A DNA stretch of 64,000 nt from assembly GCF_009914755.1 (NCBI RefSeq), contig NC_060932.1; one strand, 5' to 3'. Below are positions 10,145 through 25,598 of the stretch, piece after piece. The notes below the pieces were generated by a model. It searched no databases. It was not told where the DNA came from and saw only the letters and a program-made list of their open reading frames with translations. A program made the translations under genes and the position numbers. The DNA is from the human T2T-CHM13v2.0 reference genome, Homo sapiens. Every line of letters starts with the position of its first letter. Within the stretch, counting starts at the first letter, position 1.

Positions 10145-11496
10145 TGGAGAATTGCATGGACTGAAGAAGGAAGATCTGACAAGGTTGCATGTTTGGCAGA
10201 AAAAAAATATGACAAACTTGCATGCTTGGCAAAAGAAATACCTGACAAGGCTGCATGTTTGGCAGAAGAAACATCTGAGGAGGCTGAATTTCTGGCAGAA
10301 GAATTATATGCCAAGGTTGGATTTTTGGCAAAAGCAACATCTGATGAGATTAAAAATTTAGCATGAGAATCTCTGACTCAATTGAACATTTGGCACAAGA
10401 AAAATCTTGTAAGATTTTATGTTTGGTAAGAGAAACATCTGCCAAGACTGAATGTTTGGCAGAAGAAACATCTGAAAAGCTTGCATATTTGGCAGAAAGA
10501 ACAACTGAAAACCTTGTATGTTTGGCAGAAGGCACATCTGAGAAGATTGCATCTTTGGCAAAGGGAATATCTGACAAGGTTTCATGTTTGGCAGAAGAAA
10601 CACCTGACAAAATGGCATATTTGGCAGAAAAAAAGTCTGAGAAATGTGCATGTTTGGTAGAAAATAGTATCTGTCAAGAGTGCATGTTTTGCAGTAACTA
10701 CATCTAACAAGTTTTAATGTTTGAGAGAAAAAAACAGCTGAAAGGTTTTAATATTCTATAGAAAGATCACCTGACATGCTTGCATGTTTGGCAAGAGAAA
10801 CATGTGCCACAGTGGAATGTTTGGTAGAACTCACACTTATGAAGATTGCAGGCTTAGCATAAAGAACTTGTGACAAGCTTGCATGTTTGGCAGCAGTAAC
10901 ATCTGACAACATTCAATGTCTTACAAAAGTAACACTTGCAAGCCTGGGTGTTTGATCCACAAATTACATGGCAAGATTGACAAAGAGACATTAGAGAGTT
11001 TTGAATCTTGGCCAAAAAAAGAAAAAAAAAAAAAAACATCTGATGCAATGGAATGTTTGGCAGGAGTTCCATGTAAGAATATTTCATATTATAGATAAAG
11101 AACATCTGACAAGGGTATATGTTTGGCAGAAGGAAAATCTGACAAGAGTGCATGTTTGGCATAGGAAACGTCAAGATGGCAGATTTGGCAGAAGAAACAT
11201 CTGACAATATTGCAGGTTTGGCAGAAAGAACATCTAACATGCTTACATGTTTTGGAAAAGAAACACAGGCCTCAATGGAATGTTTGGCAGAACTCCTATC
11301 TAAGAAGATTGCATGTTCAACAGAAAGAAGATTAGACATCTGACAATGTTGAATGCTTGATAGAAGGAACATCCAACAAGTGTGAATGTCAAAAGAAACA
11401 TCTGTCACAATAGACTGTTTTGCAGAAAGAAAATTTCAGAAGACTGCAGTTTCAGCAGAAGTAACCGCTGAGAAAATTGCATGGTTGACAACAGAA
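10145..11496 (+). repeat. 33-bp minisatellite block (about 40 units)
   Basis: ORFs 9950..10366 and 10363..10707 show ACLAEETSEK repeats. Confidence 0.95.
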
Positions 11497-12531
11497 ATGG
11501 AAATGCCAGGATGTCCAGCAAAAGTCTTGAAGGGGCGGAGCCCTCATTGGAGAACCTCTATAAGAGCAATGCAGAGGGGAAATGTGGGGTTGGAGCCCCC
11601 ACACAGTCCCCACTGGGGCACTGCACAGTGGAGCTGTGATAAAAGGGCCACCATTCTCCAGACCCCAGACTAGTAGATTCACCAAAAGCTTGCACCGTGA
11701 GCGTGGAAAAGCCACAGGCACTCAACACCAGCCCTTGATAGCAGCCATGGGGGCTGAATCCTGCAGAGCCACAGGGGTAGAGCTTCCTAAGGCCTTAGGG
11801 GCCCACCCCTCTGTCAGTGTTGCTTGGATATGAGACACGGAGTCAAAGGATATTATTTAATGACTTTCTTGCTGGGTTTTGGATTTCCATGGGGCCTGTA
11901 GCACCTTTGTTTTGGCCCATTTCTCCCTTTTAGAAAGCGAATGTTTACCCAATGCCCATACTCCCATTGTATCTTGAAAGTAACTAACTTGTTTTTTATT
12001 TTACAGGCTCATAGGCAGAAGGGACTTACCTTGTTTCAGATGAAACTTTGGACTGTGGACTTTTGAGTTGATAATTAAATGAGTTAAGACTGGGGAACTG
12101 TTGAGAAGGGATAAGTGTGTTCTGTAATGTGAGAGGAAGATGAGATTTGTAGGGGGCTAGGGTCAGAATAAATAGTTTGGATTTGTGTCCCTGTCCAAAT
12201 CCCATGTCAAAGAAAGGCCTAGTGGGAGCTGATTGGATCATGGGATTGGACTTTTCCCTTGCTGTTCTCATGATAATGAGTGAGTTCTCACAAGATATGG
12301 TTGTTTAAAAGTGTTTAGCACCTCCTACTTCACTCTCTTCCTTCTGCTCTGGCCACGTAAGGCATGTCTGCTTCCCCTCTGCTTTCTGCCATAATTGTAA
12401 GGTTCCTGAAGCCTTCCCAGAAGCAGAAGCCTGTACAGCCTACAGAAGTGTGAGACGATTAAACATCTTTTCTTTATAAATTACCCACTCTCAGGTAGTT
12501 CTTGATAGCAATATAAGAATGGACTAATACA
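11497..12531 (+). mobile_element. MaLR MSTA-like: truncated internal region (11497-12168) plus 3' LTR (12169-12531)
   Basis: ggagccctcattggagaacctc..ggggttggagccccc internal sequence, polypurine tract, then an LTR ending ggactaataca; paralogous to 59290-60355. Confidence 0.85.
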
Positions 12532-13680
12532 TCATCTGAGCACCGCTTGCTTCTCCAATGTCATCTTCTGATGTTCTCCTCCACTTTCCTGAGCTTTCCT
12601 CATAATGAACTACTTGGGGCTCCCCCTCAACTTGTTGTCTTCTCTTTTAATTCCCACCATTTGTACACACTCCTCTCTCCTTAGAATATCCTTCCTGCCT
12701 CCTCTTGACCCCAGACTCATACTCTGATTTTGCAAGTTGACTCAGAGGTGTCTCCTCCTTCTGAGAATGTCTCTGATGCCACCCTTCTCCCACTCCAGAG
12801 TAGGCAGGTACTCATCCTAGATTATCCTATAATGCCCTGTGCTTAGCACTTTCATATAATAAAATTGACTGAACACCTACTATGCACCAAGTATTAATGA
12901 TACAAGGGTGAGGAAAAAGGACAACGCCCATGCCTTCATGGAGTTCACAATGTAGCAAAAAATGATCTCCTACACAAACACAAATTCACTAGGAAAACAA
13001 AAGTCCAGCACTCACCACATATGCTGCACTGCTTTTTTACTTGTCCAGCTCTGCCTCTAGACCAGCTCTGTCCACTATAATAGTTACTAGCACATGTGTC
13101 CTCTGAGCACTTGGAATGTGTTTAGTGGCTCATGATAAAATACTATATCAGATATCTTAGGTTGCAGAAATTATCAATAAAATTAATTTTACTGCTTCTT
13201 TTTAGTTTTTTTTTTTATGCTCTACTCTAAGGTCAGCAACTGATGTTTTTTCATTGTATCCCCAATGCCTACTAGAGATCTTGCCATAGAACAGGACTCA
13301 AGAAGTAGTTAAGTAAAGGAATATGAGCCCAAAAGACAGACAGGGACTCAAATTCCAGGCAATGGTGCCACCCAGATGGGAGAGGGCAGAGCTGTGCTTG
13401 AAGGTTACTCAGGCCACTGGGAGAGTAACAGATCAGGGCAGTAGGAAAAGCATTCAGGGAGAGGCTACCCACAGATAAGGAAAATGGCTGGAACCCATGC
13501 TTCGAAAGCCATTCGAGGCTAATGCTGGACAGCAGACACTCTGGAAAAGCCAACCAGGGAGATATGTTCTGCCTTTGCCAAATTTCTGCTATCCTGCCTC
13601 TGATACTCCCATAGGTGACAGAGTGATCTTGTCCCTATAGGAGTTTGGCTCAACCATGCTAAAAAAAACATGAGGACAAG

Positions 13681-13973
13681 GCTAGGTGTGGTGGCTCACA
13701 CCTGTAATCCAAGTACTTTGGAAGGCCAATGTAGGAAGAATGCTTGAGGACAGGAGCTTGAGACCAGCTTGGGCAACATAGTGAGACCCCATCTCTACAA
13801 AAAATAAAAATAAAAATTAGCCAGGAATGGAGGCATGCACCTGTAGTCCTAGCTGCTCAGGAGGCTAAGATGGGAGGATTGCTTGAACACGGGAGTTCAA
13901 GGCTGCACTGAGCCATGGTTACATCACTGCCCTCTAGACTGGATGACAGAGAATGACCCTTCCTGTAAACACA

Positions 13974-14014
<41 letters not shown>
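13681..14014 (+). mobile_element. AluJ with (CA)n tail
   Basis: ggctaggtgtggtggctcacacctgtaatcc...; tail replaced by (CA)n at 13969-14014. Confidence 0.9.
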
Positions 14015-14019
<5 letters not shown>

Positions 14020-14466
14020 AAAAACATATAACTGGAAATGGTGGTATATTTCAATGTGGAAAGCTGATCAGAGACAACATGCACTCAACACAAGTGAACT
14101 CTGACAAAATTCCTCCCATATTACATCATGGGATACACTCCTCCCTGATCATTTACTGCATAAACATCTTATAAAAATATGTCACCTTATGGAATCTTCC
14201 ACCTTTGTTACTAAAGGGAAAGGAGTGTTTCCTGAACTCAGGGAGGCATGCATAAACATTAACTGTTGCTTTTCTACATTGTTAAATAGATTGGAAATAG
14301 AGGTGTCTTAGGTGACAGAGGCAATTTTTAATTAAAATTGCAAGCAGGAAGAGCAATTGGCTAACTACTAAGACACACATACCTCGTTATGCTGCATATT
14401 TATAGATACTTAAGATTAAACTTGGTCAGGAGGGGAGGCTAGAATGATTGTTTATGACTGAGTGCT

Positions 14467-14714
14467 CATAAGTGGGAGTTGAACAATGAGAACACATGGA
14501 CACAGGGAGAGGAACATCACACATTGGGGCCTGTCGTGGCATGGGGGAAAACGGGAAGGAGAGCATTAGGAAAAATACCTAATGCATGCAGGGATTAAAA
14601 CCTAGATGATGAGTTGATAGGTGCAGCAAAACACCACGGCACATGTATACCTATGTAACAAACCTGCACATTCTGCACATGTATCCCAGAACTTAAAGTA
14701 AAATTTAAAAAAAA
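14467..14714 (+). mobile_element. 5'-truncated L1PA 3' end
   Basis: L1 3' UTR plus polyA; TSD gactgagtgct at 14456-14466 and 14715-14725. Confidence 0.9.
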
Positions 14715-14768
14715 GACTGAGTGCTAGAAAAACTCTTATTCCAACTATATTTATAAACAGCACTGGAA

Positions 14769-16897
14769 GACCTAGCTATAAAAATGAGATAGATAAATAA
14801 ATGGCATTCAAATGGGAAGAGAAGCCAAATTATCCTTGTTTGCAGATGACATGATCTTATACTGGGAAGAACTTAAAGATTCTACCAAAAAACTGTTAGA
14901 ACTGATAAACAAATTCATTAAAGTTTCAGGATACAAAATCAACATATGAAAATCAGTAGCATTTCTGTATGCCAACAGTGAACAATCTGGAAAAGAAATC
15001 AAGAAAATAATCCCTTTTACAATAGCTACACATAATATAAAATACCTAGGAATAAACTTAACCAAAGAAATGAAGGAGCTCTGCAATGAAAACTATAAAA
15101 CATTGATGCAAGAAATTAAAGAAGACACCAAAAAAATGGAAAGATATTCCATATTCAGGGATTGGAAGAGTCAATATTTTTACTATGTCCATACTACCCA
15201 AAGCAACCTACAGATTCAATACAATCTATATCAAAATACCAATGATGTTCTTCACAGAAATATAAAAAATAATCCAAATATTTATCCGGAACCTCAAAAG
15301 ATCCAGAATAGCCAAAGCTACCCTGAGCAAAAAGAGCACTACTGGAGGAATTACATTACCTAACTTTATACTGCAGAGCTACAGCGATCAAAACAGCATG
15401 GTACTGGCATAAAAACAGACACATTGGCCAATAAAACAGAGAATTCAGATGTAAATCCATACATTTACCATGAACTCATTTTCAACAAAGGTGACAAGAA
15501 CATACATTGAGGGAAAGACAGTCTCTTCAATAAATGGTGCTGGAAAAACTGGATATCCACATGCACAAGCATAAAACTACAACCCTATCTCTTACCATAC
15601 ACAAAAATCAAAACAATAAAGATTACAAACTTAAATCTAAGTCCTCAAGTTATGAAACCACTACAAAAGAACATTGGGGAAACTCTTCAGGACACTGGTC
15701 TGAGTAAAAATTTCTTGAGTAATACCCTATGAGCACAGGCAATCAAAGAAAAAACTGACAAAGGGTTCACATTAAGTTAAAAAAGCCTCTGCCCAGCAAA
15801 GGAAACAGTCAAAAAAGTGAAGAGACAACCCATAGAATGGGAGAAAATATTTGCAAACTATCTCTCTTTCAAGAAACTAATAGCCAGAATACATAAGGAG
15901 CTCAAACAACTCAATAAAAAATCTAATAACTGGATTTTAAAATGGGCCAAAAATTTGAATACTCATTTCTCAAAAGAAGACATACTAATGGCAAACAGGT
16001 TTATGAAAAATTCTTATGAACTTTTCTCACGCAAGTTAAAATGGCTTACATCCAAAAGACAGGCAATAACAAATGCTGGTGAGAATGTAGAGAAAAGGGA
16101 ACACTGGTACACTGTTGGTTGGAACGTAAATTAGTACAACCACTATGGAAAAGAGTTTGGAGTTTCCTCAAAAAACAAAAAATAGAACTACCACAGAATC
16201 CAGCAATCCTACTGCTGGGTATATACTCAAAAGAAAGGATATCAGTGTATCAAAGAGCTACCTGCACTCCCATGTTTATTGCAGCACTATTCACAATAGC
16301 CGAGATTTGAAAGCAACCTAAGTGTCCATCAACAGATAACTGGATAAAGAAAATGTGGTACTTATGCACAATGGAGTACTATTCAGCCATAAAAAGAATG
16401 AGATCTTGTCATTTGCCACAGCAGGGATAGAACTGGAAATCAGTATGTTAAGGTAATTAAGCCAGGCATAGAAAGAAAAACTTTGCATGTTTTCACTTAT
16501 TTGTGGGAGCCAAAAATTAAAACAATTGAACTCATGGAGATAGAGAGTAGAAGGATGGTTACTACAGGCTGGGAATGGTAGTTGAGGTGGGGATGGGAAG
16601 GGGAGAGTAGGGATGGTTAATGGGTACAAAAATATAGTTAAATAGAATAAATAAGCCCTAGTATTTGATAGCACAACACTACAGTCAGCAATAACTTATT
16701 GCACATTTAAAAATAATGAAAAAATTTATAATTGGAATGTCTGTAACACAAAGAAAGAATAAACGCTTGAGGTTAAAGATACCCCATTTATCCTCACGTG
16801 ATTATTTTGCATTGCATGCCTATATTAAAATACCTCATGTGCCCCATAAATATATACACCTAATATGTACCCACAAAAATAAAAAATAAATTTTAAA
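14769..16897 (+). mobile_element. 5'-truncated L1 (L1MA1/L1MA2-like), ORF2 C-terminal remnant plus 3' UTR
   Basis: tttgcagatgacatgatc (FADDMI RT motif); ORF fragments such as [14 protein letters not shown]; TSD aaacagcactggaa at 14755-14768 and 16898-16911. Confidence 0.9.
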
Positions 16898-17311
16898 AAA
16901 CAGCACTGGAATCTTAGAGCAATGAAAAATAACAAAGCTTGAGAGTCTCCAGGAAGCAAAGGTGTCTATCCATTAGGCCGAGATCTCCAAGCAGACCAGG
17001 CACTCACCTACACCTGCTCCCAAAATGAAAATTGCACTCAAGCTAGGAGAGGCAGGAAAAGGTGACTTTACCAGAACTTTCATGTGAAAACTTTAAACAA
17101 AGGCAAGAATCCAACGGATCATGAAGACCTGAGCAGGACCTGCACAGCAGCCCACATCTGGCCAAACCTCATTAATTCTGAGGAACCAGGCTAAGGCGGA
17201 CCTTCAGATTGTAAAATAAGTTTCACAGAGTAGGTTTTTCACAAAAACAAGAGGTGAGGATGTGTCTCAAGTATTTCCGAGGAAAATAATTGTTTTCAAC
17301 CATTTCAAATG

Positions 17312-17505
17312 TGTATCAATCTGTTTTCACATTGCTATAAAGAAATATCTGAAACTGGATAATGTATAAAGAAAAGAGGTTCAATTGGCTCACTTTCTGC
17401 AGGCTGTACAAGAAGCATAGCAGCTTCTGGGGAGGCCTCAGGGAACTTTCAGTTGTGGCGGAAGGCAAAGTGGGAGCAGGCATGGCCAAAGCAGGAAGAC
17501 AGAGA
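17312..17505 (-). mobile_element. MST-type MaLR LTR fragment
   Basis: cacattgctataaagaaatatctgaaactgg...ggaggcctcagggaac...ggaaggcaaag. Confidence 0.75.
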
Positions 17506-18057
17506 TTGGCTTTGTGTCGCTCCTCAGCAAGACTGGTGGTTCCTTCCTGCCTCTCTTCTCCCTTCCCCATTCTGGGTTTTTCTCCTCTCTGCTTCCCATT
17601 CCATCATAGGGGAATGGGGCCAAGTATTTTGGATGGGAAACAGGAACTGAAACATGAATGTCCTAGGTTTTTGAAAGCACTGCTATCTTTAGTCTTGCTA
17701 TTTCTTTGGCATTCGTGTCTCAGTTCCTGTTGCTGAGGAGCCACACAAAGCCAATCTCTGTGTGCAGCAGGGATTGTTTTCTAAAAAAGAAGCACAAGGA
17801 TGCAAACAAGATCACGTGACTTTTAGAGACTGCAATCCCAGAAACTTCACTAAAGGGCCTGAGGACCCCATCAGCAGGCACAATAAGCATGGACCTACAC
17901 ACTCCAAAATGCTGAGTCCTAAAAACAAAAACAAGATTTAATGCTGCTATGTGTTTACTCTGAGGAGTGAAGGGAAGAAAACAGAGAAATAAAGATAGAA
18001 GGCATAACCATAAAAGTGAAGCTTGTCTGTTTCTTAGCCAGAATGTTGTTTATATGG

Positions 18058-18659
18058 CTCGGATGACTGGGGGAATACCAGGGTCCTTGGTCTCAAGTCA
18101 ATAGGATTAACAACACAGAGACACAAGGAGTGGTTTTTAAGGAGCAAAAAGTTTAATAGGCAAGATAGGAGGAAGGAAGAAGAAAACAGCTCTCCCCACA
18201 TAGACGGAGGAGGGATTCAGTCAAAGAGAAAACCCTGTGTGCAGCAGAAAAGTAGTTGATTATATTGGGACACTGGAAGAGGCGGTGTCTGGCTTGCATA
18301 TGGTCCAAGGGATTGGTTTCACCAGGTGTGTTATTTACGTAGCCCATGACAAACCTGGTCCTCCCACCTTAGCTCTTTAATATGCAAATGTGGATCACCA
18401 TGACGTTCTGAACACATGGTGTTATCTGGAGGTGGTCATGACACTTGGTACACCTTGGTGACAAAGAGAAGATGGCAGAAATTACCATATTGAGTAAACC
18501 CATTTTCAAAGGGTTGGCATTTACTTATCAAAGCTTGCTGGCCTGGCCCTTCAAGCTGCCATTTCTGTTAGAAAAGGATGGTTTGGGGGTTGTCTCTTAT
18601 TACAGGAAAATTTCCACCAAGAACCTTGACACTTACTATCTGCTTAAAATAATTTCTTA
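18058..18659 (-). mobile_element. ERV1 LTR (MER61/MER83-like), cut by L1 insertion
   Basis: ggcggtgtctggcttgcata..gattggtttcaccaggtg..taatatgcaaatg motifs typical of this LTR group. Confidence 0.55.
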
Positions 18660-20490
18660 GAGGCAGTTCCAGGATGGCCGAATAGGAACAGCTCCAGTCT
18701 ACAGCTCCCAGTGGGAGCAATGCAGAAGATGGGTGATTTCTGCATTTCCAACTGAGGTACTGGGTTCATCTCACTGGGGATTGTCGGACAGTGGGTACAC
18801 GACAGTGGGTGCAGCCCACCGAGCATGAGCTGAAGCAGGGTGAGGCATCACCTCACTTGGGAAGCGTGAGGGTCAGGGAATTCCCTTTCCTAGCCAAGAG
18901 AAGCTGTGACAGATGGCACCTGGAAACTCAGGTCACTCCCAACCTAATACTGCGCTTTTCCAACTGTCTTAGCAAATGGCACACAAGGAGATTATATCCC
19001 GCACATGGTTTGGAGGGTCCCACGCCCACAGAGCCTTGCTCATTGCTAGCACAGCAGTCTGAGATCGAACTGCAAGGCGGCAGCGAGGCTGGGGAAGGGG
19101 CGCCCACCATTGCTGAGGCTTGAGTAGGTAAACAAAGCAGCCAGGAAGCTCGAACTGGATGGAGCCCTCTGCAGCTCAAGGAGGCCTGCCTGCATCTGTA
19201 GACTCCATCTCTGGGGGCATAGCCAAACAAAAGACAGCAGAAACCTCTGCAGACTTAAATGTCCCCATCTGACAGCTTTGAAGAGAGTAGTGATTCTCCC
19301 AGCACAGAGTTTGAGATCTGAGAACAGACAGACTGCCTCCTCAAGTGAGTCCCTGACCTCTGAGTAGCCTAACTGAGAGGCACACCCCAGTAGGGGGAGA
19401 CTGACACCTCACATGGACGGGTACCCCTCTGAGACAAAGCTTCCAGAGGAACGATCAGTCAGCAGCATTTGCTGTTCAACAATATTCACTGTTCTGTAGC
19501 CTCCGCTGCTGATACCCAGGCAAGCAGGGTCTGGAGTGGACCTCCAGAAAACTCCAACAGACCTGCAGCTGAGGGTCCTGACTGTTAGAAGGAAAACTAA
19601 CAAACGGAAAGGACATCCACACCAAAACCCCATCTCTATGTCACCATCATCAAAGACCAAAGGTAGATAAAACCACAAAGATGGGGAAAAACAGAGCAGA
19701 GAAGCTGAAAATTCTAAAAATCAGAGCGCCTCTCCCCCCTCCAAAGAAACACAGCTCCTCACCGGCAATGGAACAAAGCTGGATGGAGAATGACTTTGAT
19801 GAGTTGAGAGAAGAAGGCTTCAGATGATCAAACTTCTCCGAGCTAAAGGAGGAAGTTCGAACCCATCACAAAGAAGCTAAAAACCTTGAAACCAGATTAG
19901 ATGAAAGACTAACTAGAATAACCAGTATGGAGAAGTCCTTAAATGACCTTATGGAGCTGAAAACCATGGCAAGAGAACTATGTGATGAATGCACAAGCTT
20001 CAGTAGCTGATTAGATCAAGTGGAAGAAAGGGTATCAGTGATGGAAGATCAAATGAATGAACCGAAGTGAGAAGAGAAGTTTAGAGAAAAAGGAGTAAAA
20101 GAAATGAAAAAAGCCTCCAAGAAATATGGGACTATGTGAAAAGACCAAATCTATGTCTGATAGGTGTACCTGAAAGTGATGAGGAGAATGGAACCAAATT
20201 GGAAAACACTCTGCAGGATATAATACAGGAGAACTTCCCCAACCTAGCAAGGCAGGGCAACTTTCAAATTCAGGAAATACAGAGAAGGCCACAAATACAC
20301 TCCTCGAGAAGAGCAACCCCAAGAGACATAATTGTCAGATTCACCAAAGTTGAAACAAAGGAAAAAATGTTAAGGGCAGCCAGAGAGAAAGGTCAGGTTA
20401 CCCCCAAGGGGAAGCCCATCAGAGTAACAGCAGATCTCTTGACAGAAACTCTACAAGCCAGAAGAGAGTGGGGCCAATATTGAACATTCT
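18660..20490 (+). mobile_element. L1PA (about PA4-6) 5' UTR plus most of ORF1; 3' part missing
   Basis: Starts ggatggccgaataggaacagctcc; ORF1 ATG at 19681; ORF 20136..20483 reads KRPNLCLIGVPE..NFPNLARQ. Confidence 0.95.
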
Positions 20491-20707
20491 TTTTTTATTA
20501 TTATTATACTATAAGTTTTAGGGTACATGGGTACAACGTGCAGATTTATTACATATGTATACATGTGCCATGTTGGTGTGCTGCACCCATTAACTCATCA
20601 TTTAACATTAGGTATATCTCCTAATGCTATCCCTCTCCCGTCCCCCAACCCTGCAACAGGCCCTGGTGTGTGATGTTCCCTTTGCTGTGTCCATTTGTTC
20701 TCAGTGT

Positions 20708-24523
<3,816 letters not shown>

Positions 24524-24571
24524 TTATTTTCCTCATTAGTTGATGCAGTTTCTTCCTAGCATTGATGATCT

Positions 24572-25598
24572 TTACAATTTGGCATGTTTTTGCAGTGGCT
24601 AGTGCTGGTTGTTCCTTTCCATATTTAGTGATTCCTTCAGGAGCTCTTTTAGGGAAGGCCTGGTGGTGACAAAATCTCTCAGAATTTGCTTGTCTGTAGA
24701 GGGTTTTATTTCTTCTTGACTTATGAAGCTTAGCTTGGCTGAATATGAAATTCTGGGTTGAAAATTCTTTTCTTTAAGAATGTTGAGTATTCGCCCCCAC
24801 TCTCTTCTGGCTTGTAGAGTTTCTGCTGAGAGATCCACTTTTAGTCCAATGGGCTTCCTTTTGTGGATAACACGACCTTTCTCTCTGACTGCCCTTAACT
24901 TTTTTTCCCTCATTTCAACTTTGGTGAATCTGATAATTATGTGTCTTGGAGTTGCTCTTCTCGAGGAGTATATTTGTGGCCTTCTCTGTGTTTCCTGAAT
25001 TTCAATGTTGGCCTGCCTTGCTGGGTTGGGGAAGTTCTCCTGGATGATATCTTGAAGAGTGTTTTCCAACTTTGTTCCATTCTCCCTGTCACTTGCAGGT
25101 ACACCAATCAGATGTAGATTTGGTCTTTTCCCATAGTCCCATATTTCTTGGAGGCTTTGTTCATTTTTTTTTTACTCTTTTTTCTCTAAACTTCTCTTCT
25201 TGCTTCATTTCATTCACTTGATCTTCCATCACTGATACCCTTTCTTCCATTTGATCAAATCGGCTACTGAAGCTTGTGCATGCGTCACGTAGTTCTCATG
25301 CCATGGTTTTCAGCTCCATCAGGTCATTTAAGGACTTCTCTACACTGTTTATTCTAGTTAGCCATTCGTCTAATCTGTTTTCAAGGTTTTTAGCTTCTTT
25401 GCAATGGGTTCTAACATCCTCCTTTAGCTCGGAGAAGTTTGTTATTACTGATCATCTGAAGCCTTCTTCTCTCAACTCGTCAGAGTCTTTCTCCGTCCAG
25501 CTTTGTTCCGTTGCTGGCAAGGAGCTGCGTTCCTTTGGAGGAGAAGAGGCACTCTGATTTTTAGAATTTTCAGCTTTTCTGCTCTGGTTTCTCCCCAT
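24572..25598 (-). pseudogene. Disrupted L1 ORF1
   Basis: ORF 24599..25069 reads ENTLQDIIQENFPN..ARREWG..NFQPRISY; ATG at 25598; interrupted by stops and frameshifts. Confidence 0.9.

Larger units (their letters stand above)
1..11496 (+). pseudogene. Fragmented, rearranged ANKRD26/ANKRD30-family pseudogene relic (exon-1 copies, repeat exon, intron sequence)
   Basis: Translations DQDLGKLHKAA..KVQQIL..LNETDNGKR|gtaa (about 9665-9780) resemble ANKRD26/ANKRD30 exon 1. The 11-aa repeats AEETSDKIACL resemble the ANKRD30A/B repeat exon. That exon ends gcaagtgcaaagtg at about 354-367, as I recall the ANKRD30 KASAN exon end. Stops and frameshifts occur throughout. Confidence 0.75.

Noticed and set aside
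4808-11408. Many overlapping ORFs with MFLLPNIQ / HVWQKKHL repeats
   Set aside because: These are alternative frames and the antisense of the 33-bp unit; they are short and stop-riddled, with no gene structure.
3735-11496. CRISPR-like regular repeats
   Set aside because: Units are head-to-tail with no unique spacers, the context is eukaryotic and there are no cas genes.
1-11496. Assigning a specific gene symbol or chromosome
   Set aside because: The family has many paralogous pseudogenes, and this cannot be resolved without a database search.
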